Notes: generated from the sequence alone by a model not told the origin. Shown: positions 38,125-48,424, counted from the stretch's first letter. The stretch: 64,000 bases of DNA from Oscillospiraceae bacterium (GCA_045643645.1 JAZULF010000027.1:8894-72893); one strand, 5' to 3'. Numbers and translations: made by a program.

Positions 38125-40446
38125 ATGGATATTGCTTTTAATAATGACTGGCTTTTCACCGAGTCATTTGACGACGGATTTGAAAATGCAGTACAAGTGC
38201 GTCTACCGCATACAGCAAAGGAAATACCTTATAATTATCAGGATTCAACGGCATATCAGATGCTGTGCGGCTACAAAAAGCTGTTTTTCGCACCTGAGGA
38301 TTGGGCGGATAAGTGCGTTTTGCTGCGCTTTGACGGCGCTGCACACGAAGCAACAGTATACTGCAACGGAAAGCAGGTCGCACATCATGCCTGCGGCTAT
38401 ACCGCGTTTACGGCGGATATCACAAAGCAACTGATGTACGGTGCCGAAAACACCGTGACTGTGAAGCTCGACACACGGGAAGGCCTTAACATTCCTCCCT
38501 TCGGCTTTGTAATCGACTACCTTTGCTACGGCGGCTTATACCGCGAGGTAACTTTACAGGTCAAGAGCAAGGCATATATAAAGCAAGTGCTCATTGAAAA
38601 CACAAGCCTTGACGGAATATCCGTATCCATTGATACCTCAGTTGAACTTGAAAGCGGCAAGCTTGTAACTGAGGTGCTTGACGCATCAGGTAAAGTTGTC
38701 GCTTCAGCACTTGGTAATAGCTTTGATATTAATGTTCCAAATGCGCAGCACTGGACTCTTGATAATCCGTATCTGTACACCATGAGAGCGCGTATAACCG
38801 ACGGAAAAGCAGTGTACGATGAGAAGGTTCTGCGATTTGGACTGAGAACTGTCAGATTTGAAAATGACGGGTTCTATCTCAACGGCGAAAAAATTAAACT
38901 GCGCGGTCTTAACCGACATCAAAGCTATGCCTATGTTGGCTATGCAATGCCCGCGTCAATGCAAAGACTTGACGCTGAAATTCTCAAATATGAGCTTGGC
39001 GTTAACGCGGTCAGGACCTCTCACTACCCGCAATCCCATCACTTTGTTGACCGATGCGACGAGCTTGGCATTCTTGTCTTTACCGAAATTCCCGGTTGGC
39101 AGCATATCGGTGATGACGCGTGGAAAAAGCAGGCGGTTGAGAATACCCGTGAAATGGTATCGCAATATATGCATCACCCCTCCATTATGCTTTGGGGTGT
39201 AAGAATAAACGAATCGCAGGATAATGACAAGCTATATCTGCAAACCAACAAGGCAGCGCATGAGCTTGACCGCTCAAGACAGACAAGCGGTGTAAGATGC
39301 ATTGAAAAAAGCCATCTTCTTGAGGATGTATACGCATACAATGATTTTTCCCATAGCGGCAACAACAGCGGTCTAAAGCCAAAAGCCTCGGTAACATCAA
39401 AAAAGAACCGCCCGTACTTTGTTTCAGAATGCAATGGTCACATGTTCCCTACCAAGCAGTTTGACGATGAGCGTCACCGCTTAAGCCACGCGCTAAGACA
39501 CACAGCTGTTCTTGACTCAATGTACGCTGATGACGAGATATGCGGTGTTTTCCCGTGGTGTATGTTTGACTATAACACGCACAAGGACTTCGGCAGCGGT
39601 GACGGCATTTGCTATCACGGTGTGCTTGATATGTTCAGAAACCCGAAGATAGCCGCGGCTGTATATACAAGTCAGAATGACGATATTCCCTGCTGTACCG
39701 TTTCTTCTACAATGGATATAGGCGAGCATCCTGCCTGCGACCTCGGAAGCGTGTATGTATTCACTAACGCAGAAAGCGTAAAGCTATATAAAAACGATTT
39801 GCTTGTTGATGAATTCTACCCTGCCCGCGATAAGTATCCGGCAATGCCGCATCCGCCTGTAATAATAGACGATTTCATCGGCAATATGCTCGAAACAGAA
39901 GACCATTTCGACCGGAAAACCGCACTTTCCATAAAAGAAAATCTCGGTGCAATCGCTAAATACGGCACGGGAGCATTGCCTGCAAAGCATTTGGCTTCAA
40001 TCGGAAAGCTTATGCTTTTCAAGGGCTTGCGGTATGCCGACTTCAACAGATTGTACTCAAAATATGTAAGCAATTGGGGCGGTGAGGCCACAGTCTGGCG
40101 TTTTGACGCAATCAAAGACGGCAGGGTATTTGAAACAGTTGTTAAAAAGCCTGGTCAGCAGGTTCATCTGAATATAGACATCAGCAGCTGCGAATTAGTT
40201 GAAGCTAAAACCTATGATGTTGCAGCCGTGCGGATAACAGCCGTAGACGAGTTCGGAAATCCAGCCCCCTATTACCAGGAGCCGGTTGTCTTGAGCTGCT
40301 CAGGCAAAATTGAATTAATCGGTCCGAGTGTCATATCCCTTAAAGGCGGCTTTGGCGGTACATATGTAAAAACCACGGGCAACGCAGGCAGCGGCGTTCT
40401 CAGAATTAATGACAGACAGTTTGAATTCAATATTATCAAGAAATAA
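38125..40446 (+). CDS. Glycoside hydrolase family 2 (beta-galactosidase/glucuronidase-like)
   Basis: 773 aa; sugar-binding N-domain (LRFDGAAHEATVYCNGKQV), TIM barrel with RTSHYP and WGVRINES (acid/base NE). No signal peptide. Confidence 0.86.
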   Translation: MDIAFNNDWLFTESFDDGFENAVQVRLPHTAKEIPYNYQDSTAYQMLCGYKKLFFAPEDWADKCVLLRFDGAAHEATVYCNGKQVAHHACGYTAFTADITKQLMYGAENTVTVKLDTREGLNIPPFGFVIDYLCYGGLYREVTLQVKSKAYIKQVLIENTSLDGISVSIDTSVELESGKLVTEVLDASGKVVASALGNSFDINVPNAQHWTLDNPYLYTMRARITDGKAVYDEKVLRFGLRTVRFENDGFYLNGEKIKLRGLNRHQSYAYVGYAMPASMQRLDAEILKYELGVNAVRTSHYPQSHHFVDRCDELGILVFTEIPGWQHIGDDAWKKQAVENTREMVSQYMHHPSIMLWGVRINESQDNDKLYLQTNKAAHELDRSRQTSGVRCIEKSHLLEDVYAYNDFSHSGNNSGLKPKASVTSKKNRPYFVSECNGHMFPTKQFDDERHRLSHALRHTAVLDSMYADDEICGVFPWCMFDYNTHKDFGSGDGICYHGVLDMFRNPKIAAAVYTSQNDDIPCCTVSSTMDIGEHPACDLGSVYVFTNAESVKLYKNDLLVDEFYPARDKYPAMPHPPVIIDDFIGNMLETEDHFDRKTALSIKENLGAIAKYGTGALPAKHLASIGKLMLFKGLRYADFNRLYSKYVSNWGGEATVWRFDAIKDGRVFETVVKKPGQQVHLNIDISSCELVEAKTYDVAAVRITAVDEFGNPAPYYQEPVVLSCSGKIELIGPSVISLKGGFGGTYVKTTGNAGSGVLRINDRQFEFNIIKK

Positions 40447-40450
40447 AAAA

Positions 40451-40479
40451 ACAGACCAAGTATAACTTGGTCTGTTTTA
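40451..40479 (+). terminator. Rho-independent terminator after the GH2 gene
   Basis: ACAGACCAAG-TATA-ACTTGGTCTGT followed by TTTT. Confidence 0.65.
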
Positions 40480-40482
40480 CTT

Positions 40483-40557
40483 TGGAGCTGGTGGTGAGAA
40501 TCGAACTCACAACCTTCTCATTACGAGTGAGATGCTCTGCCATTGAGCCACACCAGC
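40483..40557 (-). tRNA. tRNA-Thr (anticodon CGU), CCA encoded
   Basis: The reverse complement GCTGGTG-TG-GCTC-AATGGCA-GAGC-A-TCTCA-CTCGTAA-TGAGA-AGGTT-GTGAG-TTCGATT-CTCAC-CACCAGC-T-CCA folds as a canonical cloverleaf. The anticodon loop is CU-CGU-AA. Confidence 0.92.
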
Positions 40558-40574
40558 AACAATTCAGCTTTCGT

Positions 40575-40603
40575 ATTTTAGCATAAGCATAACTCAAAGT
40601 CAA
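40575..40603 (-). promoter_or_regulatory. Candidate sigma-A promoter of tRNA-Thr (TTGACT-17-TAAAAT)
   Basis: Minus strand: TTGACT (40603-40598), 17-nt spacer, TAAAAT (40580-40575), ~17 nt upstream of the mature tRNA 5' end. Confidence 0.5.
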
Positions 40604-40759
40604 TCGAATTAATAATTACGCACTGTATAATAATTTGTTTACATTTTGTAGCTTATAATAGCCGGCAAAAATCGGGTCATTGAAATTCAAGGCTTTTCGG
40701 CTGCTATAAACCGCAATTATCGTTACCATAATATTTATCTATAATAATTATTCAAATAG

Positions 40760-40789
40760 TTATCAACATTTTCAACAGGTTTTTCAACA
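40760..40789 (+). repeat. Three tandem TTWTCAACA 9-mers in an AT-rich intergenic region
   Basis: TTATCAACA (40760-68), TTTTCAACA (40769-77), TTTTCAACA (40781-89), all in the same orientation. Confidence 0.6.
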
Positions 40790-40886
40790 CGAATTTTATT
40801 TGTATTTTCAGCAATTTTTGAAGATTTACCAAAAATCAGCAAATCCTGTAATGATAATTAATAACAAAATAGAAACAAAAATCAGT

Positions 40887-41558
40887 TTACATAAGTCCCT
40901 TTGAGCTCATAGAGCAATAACTTCCGCTGCCAACTATTATATGGTCTATGAGTTTTACATCTATCATTTCCAATGCATTTCTGACAAGTCCGGTGCAGTA
41001 TTCGTCTTCCTTTGAAGGAATCGGCATACCGTGAGGATGATTATGGGCAATTATAACATTCGCCGCGTGATACTTCATCGCTTCCTCAACCAGTTTTCTC
41101 AGGCCTACATCGGTTGCGTTGACAACTCCGTTGCTTATCTGCCTGCATGCAATTATAGCGCAGTTATTATCAAGTAAAAGCGCATAGCAAAGCTCGTTTA
41201 CCTCGTACATAAACTTTGACACGAAGTATTTACCTGCGATTTCAACGCTGTCGACATACTTCTTAGGAGTGCTTATATTAACCATATAGCGACGGCTTAT
41301 CTGCGGCACAAGCTTAAGAAGAACAGCGGCACTGTCCCCTATTCCGTCAATCTTGCGCAGTTCCTCATAGTCGGCCTCAAGCACCGCAGTAAGTGAGCCG
41401 AAATGCTCGATGAGTTTATGTGCAAGCTCGTTGGTATCCTTACGCGGAAGCGCATAGAAAAGCAGCATTTCCAGTGCATTATGGTCGCTGAATCCATCAA
41501 GGCCCACCTCTGCAAAGCGTTCCTTCATTCTCTGGCGGTGACCATCATGTACGCCCAT
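40887..41558 (-). CDS. radC: RadC-family JAB/MPN domain protein (UPF0758)
   Basis: 223 aa; HhH N-terminal region and JAMM motif IIAHNHPHGMPIPSKED. Confidence 0.88.
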   Translation of the reverse strand: MGVHDGHRQRMKERFAEVGLDGFSDHNALEMLLFYALPRKDTNELAHKLIEHFGSLTAVLEADYEELRKIDGIGDSAAVLLKLVPQISRRYMVNISTPKKYVDSVEIAGKYFVSKFMYEVNELCYALLLDNNCAIIACRQISNGVVNATDVGLRKLVEEAMKYHAANVIIAHNHPHGMPIPSKEDEYCTGLVRNALEMIDVKLIDHIIVGSGSYCSMSSKGLM

Positions 41559-41569
41559 TATCTCACCTC

Positions 41570-42571
41570 TTAAAGCTCCATATTTGCGTAGGCATTCAAA
41601 TCGCTGCCTGCGGTATTACCCGCGAGATATTCAAAATATCCCTGGCAGCCAATCATTGCGGCGTTATCTCCGCAAAGCTTGAGCGGAGGTACAAACAGTT
41701 CACAGCCTGCCTTCTCTGCTGCTGCCTTGAAATCAGCTCTTATTCTTGAGTTTGCAGCAACACCGCCGGCAATGGCAATCTTCTTATATCCAAGTTCCTT
41801 TGCAGCCATCATTGTGCGCGGCACAAGGCTGTCACTGACAGCGGCGGTAAAGGATGCCGCTAACGATGCTCTGTCAAGCTCCTCGCCCTTTTGCTCGGCG
41901 TTGTGGACAATGTTTATTACCGCTGTTTTAAGTCCTGAGAAGCTCATATCGTACGGGCTGCCGTCAATGTGAGTTCTGGGGAGCTGATACTTCTTGTCAT
42001 CTCCGCCCTGGGAGAGCATATCTATGGGCTTGCCGCCGGGATAAGGCAAGCCGAGAACTCGTGCGGTCTTATCAAAGCACTCACCTGCGGCATCATCACG
42101 GGTTGCACCAATAATTTTAAGGTCAGTATAGCTGCGAACATCAATAATCAGAGTATTGCCGCCGGAAATTGCAAGGCAAAGGAACGGAGGCTCAAGCTCG
42201 GGATATGCAATGTAGTTTGCAGCAACATGTCCCTTGATATGGTGTACGGGAATGAGCGGAACATTGAGGCTGAGTGCAACTGCCTTTGCAAAATTAAGTC
42301 CCACAAGTACTGTTCCTATTAGCCCTGGTGCATATGTAACCGCGACGGCATCTATATCGCTCTTTTCAATTCCCGCAGCCTGAATTGCTCGTTCTGCAAG
42401 TCTTGATATGACCTCAACATGGCTGCGTGATGCAATCTCTGGTACAACACCGCCGTAAACTGCGTGCAGGTCTGCCTGGGAGAATATCTGGTCAGTTAAT
42501 ACCTTTCTGCCGTCTTCTACAACAGCAACTGCGGTTTCGTCACATGATGATTCAAATGCAAGTATTTTCAC
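41570..42571 (-). CDS. tsaD: tRNA N6-adenosine threonylcarbamoyltransferase TsaD
   Basis: ILAFESSCDETAVAVV, HHIKGH metal site, ASKHA fold; 333 aa. GTG start with GAGGAAA RBS. Confidence 0.95.
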   Translation of the reverse strand: MKILAFESSCDETAVAVVEDGRKVLTDQIFSQADLHAVYGGVVPEIASRSHVEVISRLAERAIQAAGIEKSDIDAVAVTYAPGLIGTVLVGLNFAKAVALSLNVPLIPVHHIKGHVAANYIAYPELEPPFLCLAISGGNTLIIDVRSYTDLKIIGATRDDAAGECFDKTARVLGLPYPGGKPIDMLSQGGDDKKYQLPRTHIDGSPYDMSFSGLKTAVINIVHNAEQKGEELDRASLAASFTAAVSDSLVPRTMMAAKELGYKKIAIAGGVAANSRIRADFKAAAEKAGCELFVPPLKLCGDNAAMIGCQGYFEYLAGNTAGSDLNAYANMEL

Positions 42572-42581
42572 TTAAATTTCC

Positions 42582-43028
42582 TCATTTCAAAAATCTTGTC
42601 ATCAGTATAGCATTTTCTTTTGGCTTTTCGTAGTAGTTTTTTCTCAAGCCGACTTCCGAAAAACCGTGTTTTGTATATAGCTTAATTGCAGGTGTATTAC
42701 TCTCGCGTACCTCAAGGGTTACAAAGCTGAGTTTTTTCTCCTCTGCCTTTAAAACAAGCGCATTGATAAGCGCATCGGCAATACCGAGCCTTCTGCACTC
42801 GGGAGATACTGCAACATTGGAAATATAGCCTTCATCAAGCACATACATCATACCGACATAGCCTATTGCATTTCCCTGCGCATTCTCTACAACGATAAAC
42901 ATATGCATATCGTCGGGAAGCTGCGAAATCAGCGCCTGCCTTGACCACGGCAGCGAAAAGCACTGTTTTTCAATTGCTTCTATGTCATCTATATGCTTAA
43001 GCTGCGCATCAACAATTCTGTATTCCAT
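42582..43028 (-). CDS. rimI: Ribosomal-protein-alanine N-acetyltransferase (GNAT)
   Basis: 148 aa GNAT, acetyl-CoA motif VSPECRRLGIADALI. Conserved position next to tsaD. Confidence 0.86.
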   Translation of the reverse strand: MEYRIVDAQLKHIDDIEAIEKQCFSLPWSRQALISQLPDDMHMFIVVENAQGNAIGYVGMMYVLDEGYISNVAVSPECRRLGIADALINALVLKAEEKKLSFVTLEVRESNTPAIKLYTKHGFSEVGLRKNYYEKPKENAILMTRFLK

Positions 43029-43810
43029 CAGAAGTCCTCCTGAATCAGCTCGTCAATAACAGCAAGCACCTCATCCTGCAGGCGCTCAATGCATTTTTTC
43101 CAGCCAAGAGAAAGCACAGGCGGTGTTATATCGTCCTCTGCAAGACACATTACGCGCTCGTCAAGGTCCTGATACCTCTCGGAAAGAATGCTTGTCTGCT
43201 CAAGTGTCATACACAAGGCAACATCATACGAGCCTAGAAGCTCCCTTGTAATTTCAACGGGTCTTCTTATAGGCAACGATATTTCAAGGTCCTCGCAGAC
43301 CTTTCTCACGCGCGAAGGCAGCTCCTCACAGGCGGTAATGCCCGCCGAATATGCAGTAACATTGTCACAATATCCCTGCTTATTCTCATTAAACACCGCT
43401 TCCGCAACCAGCGAAAGAGCATTGTCGTCGCAGACAAACAGAATGCTGCCGACATCAATGCCGTTAAAGCCGCAAAGCTCCGACTGCCTTTCGTCCCAGC
43501 GTTCAAGGCTTCTGTCTCCCGCTCTGCCCTCAATGTGATGAGTCAGCTCATGATGCAGCGTGCTTTTGAGGCGTTTAGTGAACAGCTCATCGTCCATCTC
43601 GCCGTATAGCTCAACAAACGAGCCGTAATACAATTCAATGTATCTGCCCATTTCATTTTGGAAATATGTGCCGAGTGTGTATCTGCCGTCCTCGGAGGTC
43701 TTGGCTTCTTCTACAAAGCTGATACCTCCGTTCAGCTTTTCAAATATTGCTTCGGGCAACTCATCAACAAGGTCATCAAGCACATTTCCCGCTTCTTCAT
43801 AGGTAAACAT
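43028..43810 (-). CDS. Fusion protein: DUF1025-type minimal zinc metallopeptidase + degenerate LMW-PTP-like domain
   Basis: N-terminal half has HHELTHH (HExxH) in a ~110-aa minigluzincin-like context. C-terminal half has ILFVCDDNALSLVAEAVF aligned to the LMW-PTP P-loop V-C-x-G-N-x-C-R-S, but lacks the Arg. Both ends overlap neighbours (TAATG with polA, TGATG with rimI). Confidence 0.68.
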   Translation of the reverse strand: MFTYEEAGNVLDDLVDELPEAIFEKLNGGISFVEEAKTSEDGRYTLGTYFQNEMGRYIELYYGSFVELYGEMDDELFTKRLKSTLHHELTHHIEGRAGDRSLERWDERQSELCGFNGIDVGSILFVCDDNALSLVAEAVFNENKQGYCDNVTAYSAGITACEELPSRVRKVCEDLEISLPIRRPVEITRELLGSYDVALCMTLEQTSILSERYQDLDERVMCLAEDDITPPVLSLGWKKCIERLQDEVLAVIDELIQEDF

Positions 43811-46359
43811 TAATGTGCCTCCGCCCAGCTGTGTCCGATTTTTGCCTCAACAGTAAGCGGAACGGCAAGCTGTGCTACCCCGCTCATTTCCTCTTCAAGT
43901 ATTCTGCATACTGTATCCGCCTCGTCTTCGGGGCACTCGCAGATAAGCTCGTCATGTACCTGAAGGATAAGCCTTGATTTGAGGTTTTCAGCCTTAAGCC
44001 GTTTATACACATTTACCATTGCAAGCTTGATGATATCAGCTGCGGTACCCTGAATGGGCATATTCAGCGCAACGCGCTCACCGAAGGAACGCATATTGAA
44101 GTTTGAGGATTTAAGCTCAGGCAGTGCTCTTCTGCGGTTGTAAAGAGTCTTTACAAATCCGTCTGCCTTTGCTTCCTCTACAATGCGCTTCATATAGTCA
44201 TGCACACCGCTGTATTTCTCGAGATATGCATCCATATATTCCTTGGCTTCGTTGGGAAATACTCCGATATCCTGCGAAAGCGACCATGCGGAAATACCGT
44301 AGACAATACCGAAGTTTACGGCCTTTGCTCTGCTTCTCTGAAGGCTTGTAACCTCCTCTAAGGGCGTATTAAATACCTGGGACGCAGTTACTCTGTGGAT
44401 ATCCTCACCGCTTGTAAACGCCTCCTGCATGCGTGTGTCGCCCGATATGTGCGCAAGCAGGCGCAGTTCAATCTGACTGTAGTCGGCATCGACAAGAGTT
44501 TTACCGCTTGATGCGATAAACATCTTTCTTATCTGACTGCCGAGCTCCTTGCGAATGGGTATATTCTGCAGATTGGGCTCGGTGCTTGATAGTCTGCCCG
44601 TTGCAGTTACGGTCATCTGGAACTTTGTTCTTATACGACCGTCCTTATCTATTAATTTAAGCAATCCGTCAGCATAGGTTGATTTTAGCTTTGTGAGCAT
44701 TCTGTAGTCGAGAATCATCTCGATTATCGGGTGTTTGCCGCGCAGCTTATCAAGGACATCCGCATTTGTGCTCCAACCCGTTTTTGTCTTTTTGACTGCA
44801 GGCAGCATCAGCTTTTCAAACAGCACCTCGCCGAGCTGCTTGGGTGAGTTAATATTGAATTCACCTCCCGCAAGCTCCCATATATCTGTTTTTAGCTTTT
44901 CAATACCTTCATTGAGGCTTTCACCAAATTCGCTGAGCGCTCGTCTGTCAACCATAAAGCCTGCAGCTTCCATATCAGCAAGCACCTCACACAAAGGAAG
45001 CTCAATGTCATAATAGAGCTTATCCATACCGAGCTCTTCGAGCTTGGCTTCGGTTACCGCCTTTAGCTTGTAAACAGCTTCCGTGCCGCTGAGCTCGGTG
45101 CCGAAATAGCGCATACTTACTCTCTCGAGCGGGTATTCGCTCTCGGTTGCCTCAAGCAGATACGCAGCAAGCGCGGTATCATAGATAAATCCGTCAAGTG
45201 AAAGCCCCTCTGCTATAAGCTGAAACATAAGGTCTTTTACATTGTGTGCAGCCTTTTTAACCTCAGCAGAGAAAACAAGCTTCAAAAGCTTATTGTAGTC
45301 ATCTCCGAGGCTTCCCCAACGCGCAATATACACGCTTTTTCCGTCGCAAATTTCAATGCTGTCAAAATCCTTGTCTGCTGCAACAGCAACAAACTCAGCG
45401 GCCTTTATTGCTTCGCAGATGGTTGAAAATTCAGCATTTTCAACGACATTGCAGCGCTCGATTTCTTCGCTCACCTGCTCTGCAGCAGTTACTTCAACGC
45501 CCCATTTTTCAATAAACTTATTAAAGCCGAGCTTTTTGAAAAGTCCGAACAGCTCGGGCTTGTAGTTTTTATTCCACAGGCAATCCTCGGGTTTGAATTC
45601 AATCGGTGCTTCGGTGCAAATTGTTGCAAGCTCGTATGAAAGCTCTGCGCTTTCCCTGCCGTCTTTCAGCTTTTTGCGAACGCCCTCCTTAATTTCAAGC
45701 TCATCAATCGAGGCGTATATGCTACTTACGCTTGTATAGCGCTGTATAAGGTCCATAGCGGTCTTTTCACCAACACCCGCAACACCGGGTATATTGTCAG
45801 AGGCATCGCCCATAAGCGCCTTGAGGTCAACTATATGCACGGGCTCAAAGCCGTACTCCTCACGGAACAGCTCGGGAGTGTATTCCTTTGTTTCGGTCTG
45901 GCCCATACGGCTCTTGACATGGCAAATATGCGTTGTGTCGGTAATAAGCTGAAAGCTGTCCTTATCACCGGTTACGATTCTGCAATCCCAACCCGATTTT
46001 TCGCAGATTCTGCCTACTGTGCCGAGCAGGTCATCAGCCTCGTAGCCTTCAAGCTCAAGGCGCATAATTCCCATTGCATCAAGGACTTCCTTGAGAATGG
46101 GCATCTGCACTGCAAGCTCCTCGGGCATACCCTTGCGCTGCGCCTTATAGCCCTCATAGCGAAGGTGTCTGAAGGTAGGTGCCTTCAGGTCAAAGGTTAC
46201 GCACACGGACTCGGGCTTTTCGCTCTCGAGCAGCTTGTTGAGAATGGCAAGAAAGCCGTACACACCGTTTGTGGGAGTGCCGTCGGGTGCGTTAAGCTGC
46301 CTAATTCCGTAAAAAGCTCTGTTTACTATGCTGTTTCCGTCTAAAATCAGTAATTTCAT
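43810..46359 (-). CDS. polA: DNA polymerase I
   Basis: 849 aa; 5' nuclease N-terminus (MKLLILDGNSIVNRAFYG), family-A polymerase motifs (DYSQIELR, RRxAKxxNFGxxYG, QVHDEL). Confidence 0.96.
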   Translation of the reverse strand: MKLLILDGNSIVNRAFYGIRQLNAPDGTPTNGVYGFLAILNKLLESEKPESVCVTFDLKAPTFRHLRYEGYKAQRKGMPEELAVQMPILKEVLDAMGIMRLELEGYEADDLLGTVGRICEKSGWDCRIVTGDKDSFQLITDTTHICHVKSRMGQTETKEYTPELFREEYGFEPVHIVDLKALMGDASDNIPGVAGVGEKTAMDLIQRYTSVSSIYASIDELEIKEGVRKKLKDGRESAELSYELATICTEAPIEFKPEDCLWNKNYKPELFGLFKKLGFNKFIEKWGVEVTAAEQVSEEIERCNVVENAEFSTICEAIKAAEFVAVAADKDFDSIEICDGKSVYIARWGSLGDDYNKLLKLVFSAEVKKAAHNVKDLMFQLIAEGLSLDGFIYDTALAAYLLEATESEYPLERVSMRYFGTELSGTEAVYKLKAVTEAKLEELGMDKLYYDIELPLCEVLADMEAAGFMVDRRALSEFGESLNEGIEKLKTDIWELAGGEFNINSPKQLGEVLFEKLMLPAVKKTKTGWSTNADVLDKLRGKHPIIEMILDYRMLTKLKSTYADGLLKLIDKDGRIRTKFQMTVTATGRLSSTEPNLQNIPIRKELGSQIRKMFIASSGKTLVDADYSQIELRLLAHISGDTRMQEAFTSGEDIHRVTASQVFNTPLEEVTSLQRSRAKAVNFGIVYGISAWSLSQDIGVFPNEAKEYMDAYLEKYSGVHDYMKRIVEEAKADGFVKTLYNRRRALPELKSSNFNMRSFGERVALNMPIQGTAADIIKLAMVNVYKRLKAENLKSRLILQVHDELICECPEDEADTVCRILEEEMSGVAQLAVPLTVEAKIGHSWAEAH

Positions 46360-46361
46360 AA

Positions 46362-48329
46362 TTATTCCTCACCGCGAAGTCTGATTATTCTGTCGCGTAG
46401 TTCTGCCGCAAGCTCAAATTCGAGCATCTTTGCCGCAGCCTTCATCTGCTTTTCGAGCATCTCAATCGTATCCTTGCGCTCTTTCTTCGTCATCTTGACA
46501 CCGTCGGAGCGTTTTGACTTGGAACTGCTGTCAGAGGATATCTCGATAAGCTCTCTGACGCTCTTGATAATCGTCTTGGGTACAATGCCGTTTGCCTCGT
46601 TGTAGGCTGCCTGCTTTGCGCGGCGGCGCTCGGTTTCATCTATTGCAAGGCGCATTGAGCGGGTTACGGTATCGGCGTACATAATTACAAGTCCGTCGGC
46701 ATTTCTTGCCGCTCTGCCTATTGTCTGTATAAGACTTGTTTCGCTTCTGAGGAAGCCTTCCTTGTCAGCATCGAGAATTGCCACAAGGCTTACCTCAGGA
46801 ATGTCAAGGCCCTCACGCAAAAGGTTAATGCCTATGAGCACATCGAAATCACCCATTCTAAGACCGCGGATTATCTCCATTCGCTCGATTGCATCGATAT
46901 CGTGGTGCATATAACGGCACTTAATGCCTGCATTTCCAAGATATTCAGTGAGATTTTCAGCCATCTTTTTAGTGAGTGTTGTAACCAAAACACGCTGATT
47001 CTTCTCGACTCTTATATTAATCTCACTTATCAGGTCATCTATCTGATTTTCAATGGGTCTTACGGATATTTCGGGGTCAAGAAGTCCCGTAGGTCTTATT
47101 ATCTGCTCGGCAATCTGTCCTGCTCTTTCTCGCTCATATTCGCCCGGAGTTGCGGATACATAGACTGCCTGATGCACTCTCTCGTCAAATTCCTCAAACT
47201 TGAGCGGTCTGTTATCAAAAGCAGACGGAAGTCTGAAGCCGAAATCTACAAGCGATTCCTTGCGTGCGCGGTCACCGCGATACATAGCTCGTACCTGCGG
47301 CAGCGTCACATGGCTTTCATCAACGAACAGGATAAAGTCATCGGGAAAATAGTCAAGCAGCGTCATAGGCGCGCTGCCTACGGGTCTGCCCGATATAACT
47401 CGGGAATAGTTTTCTATGCCCGTGCAGTAGCCGAGCTCCTGCATCATTTCAATATCGTAGTTTGTTCGCTGCGATATTCTCTGCGCTTCAAGAAGCTTGC
47501 CGTTTTCCTCGAAGAATTTTACGCGCTCCTCGCACTCTTTACGGATATCGTCAATTGCCCTTGCCATTTTTTCCTTACTGACAACATAGTGGCTTGCAGG
47601 GTAAATGGCAACATGGTTAAGGTATTTAATTGCATTGCCCGTTACAACATTTATCTCGCTTATGCGGTCAATCTCATCACCGAAAAATTCGACTCTTATG
47701 GCTTTATCATTTGAATACGCAGGGAAAATTTCAATAGTATCGCCGCGCACTCTGAACATATTTCGTTCGAATGCTATATCATTGCGCTCGTATCGGATTT
47801 CAATCAGTTTTCTTAAAAGCTCATCGAAATCGCGTGTCTGTCCCTGGCGGAGTGAGATGACCATATTCTTGTAGTCTATGGGGTCACCGAGTCCGTAAAT
47901 GCAGGAAACCGATGCGACAACAATCGTATCGCGTCTTTCAAAAAGGCTTGAGGTTGCGCTATGGCGCAGACGCTCAATCTCATCATTTATCGAGCTATCC
48001 TTCTCGATGAAGGTATCAGTATGCGGAATATAAGCCTCAGGCTGATAGTAATCGTAGTACGAAACAAAGTACTCTACGGCATTTTCGGGGAAAAACTCTC
48101 TGAATTCCGCGCACAGCTGCGCAGCAAGGGTTTTGTTGTGTGCAAGAACGAGAGCGGGTCTGTTAAGCTTCTCAATAACGCTTGCCATTGTAAAGGTCTT
48201 GCCCGAGCCGGTTACACCGAGCAGTACCTGCTCTTCGAGGCCGTTTTCTATGCCCTTTACAAGCTTATCAATCGCTTCTGGCTGGTCACCCATAGGTGCA
48301 TAGGGTGATACAAGCTTGAATTTATCCAT
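46362..48329 (-). CDS. uvrB: Excinuclease ABC subunit B
   Basis: 655 aa; [14 protein letters not shown] box, C-terminal UVR domain ([11 protein letters not shown]). Confidence 0.97.
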   Translation of the reverse strand: MDKFKLVSPYAPMGDQPEAIDKLVKGIENGLEEQVLLGVTGSGKTFTMASVIEKLNRPALVLAHNKTLAAQLCAEFREFFPENAVEYFVSYYDYYQPEAYIPHTDTFIEKDSSINDEIERLRHSATSSLFERRDTIVVASVSCIYGLGDPIDYKNMVISLRQGQTRDFDELLRKLIEIRYERNDIAFERNMFRVRGDTIEIFPAYSNDKAIRVEFFGDEIDRISEINVVTGNAIKYLNHVAIYPASHYVVSKEKMARAIDDIRKECEERVKFFEENGKLLEAQRISQRTNYDIEMMQELGYCTGIENYSRVISGRPVGSAPMTLLDYFPDDFILFVDESHVTLPQVRAMYRGDRARKESLVDFGFRLPSAFDNRPLKFEEFDERVHQAVYVSATPGEYERERAGQIAEQIIRPTGLLDPEISVRPIENQIDDLISEINIRVEKNQRVLVTTLTKKMAENLTEYLGNAGIKCRYMHHDIDAIERMEIIRGLRMGDFDVLIGINLLREGLDIPEVSLVAILDADKEGFLRSETSLIQTIGRAARNADGLVIMYADTVTRSMRLAIDETERRRAKQAAYNEANGIVPKTIIKSVRELIEISSDSSSKSKRSDGVKMTKKERKDTIEMLEKQMKAAAKMLEFELAAELRDRIIRLRGEE

Positions 48330-48384
48330 TTAACAGCCTCCTTTCAATAATTGAATAATTATATCATAAGCAGCTATAAATCAC

Positions 48385-48424
48385 AACAAAAATAAGCCAT
48401 TCAGATTTAACTGAATGGCTTATT
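48385..48424 (-). terminator. Rho-independent terminator after the SLH-lipase-like gene
   Basis: Minus strand: ATAAGCCATTCAG-loop-CTGAATGGCTTAT followed by TTTTGTTGTG. Confidence 0.6.

Noticed and set aside
40760-40789. DnaA-box-like triplet as a replication origin
   Set aside because: There is no dnaA, dnaN or other origin-linked gene nearby. Flanking genes (radC, tRNA-Thr) are co-oriented, so there is no strand-bias switch. The boxes each carry a mismatch. It is kept only as a possible regulatory cluster.
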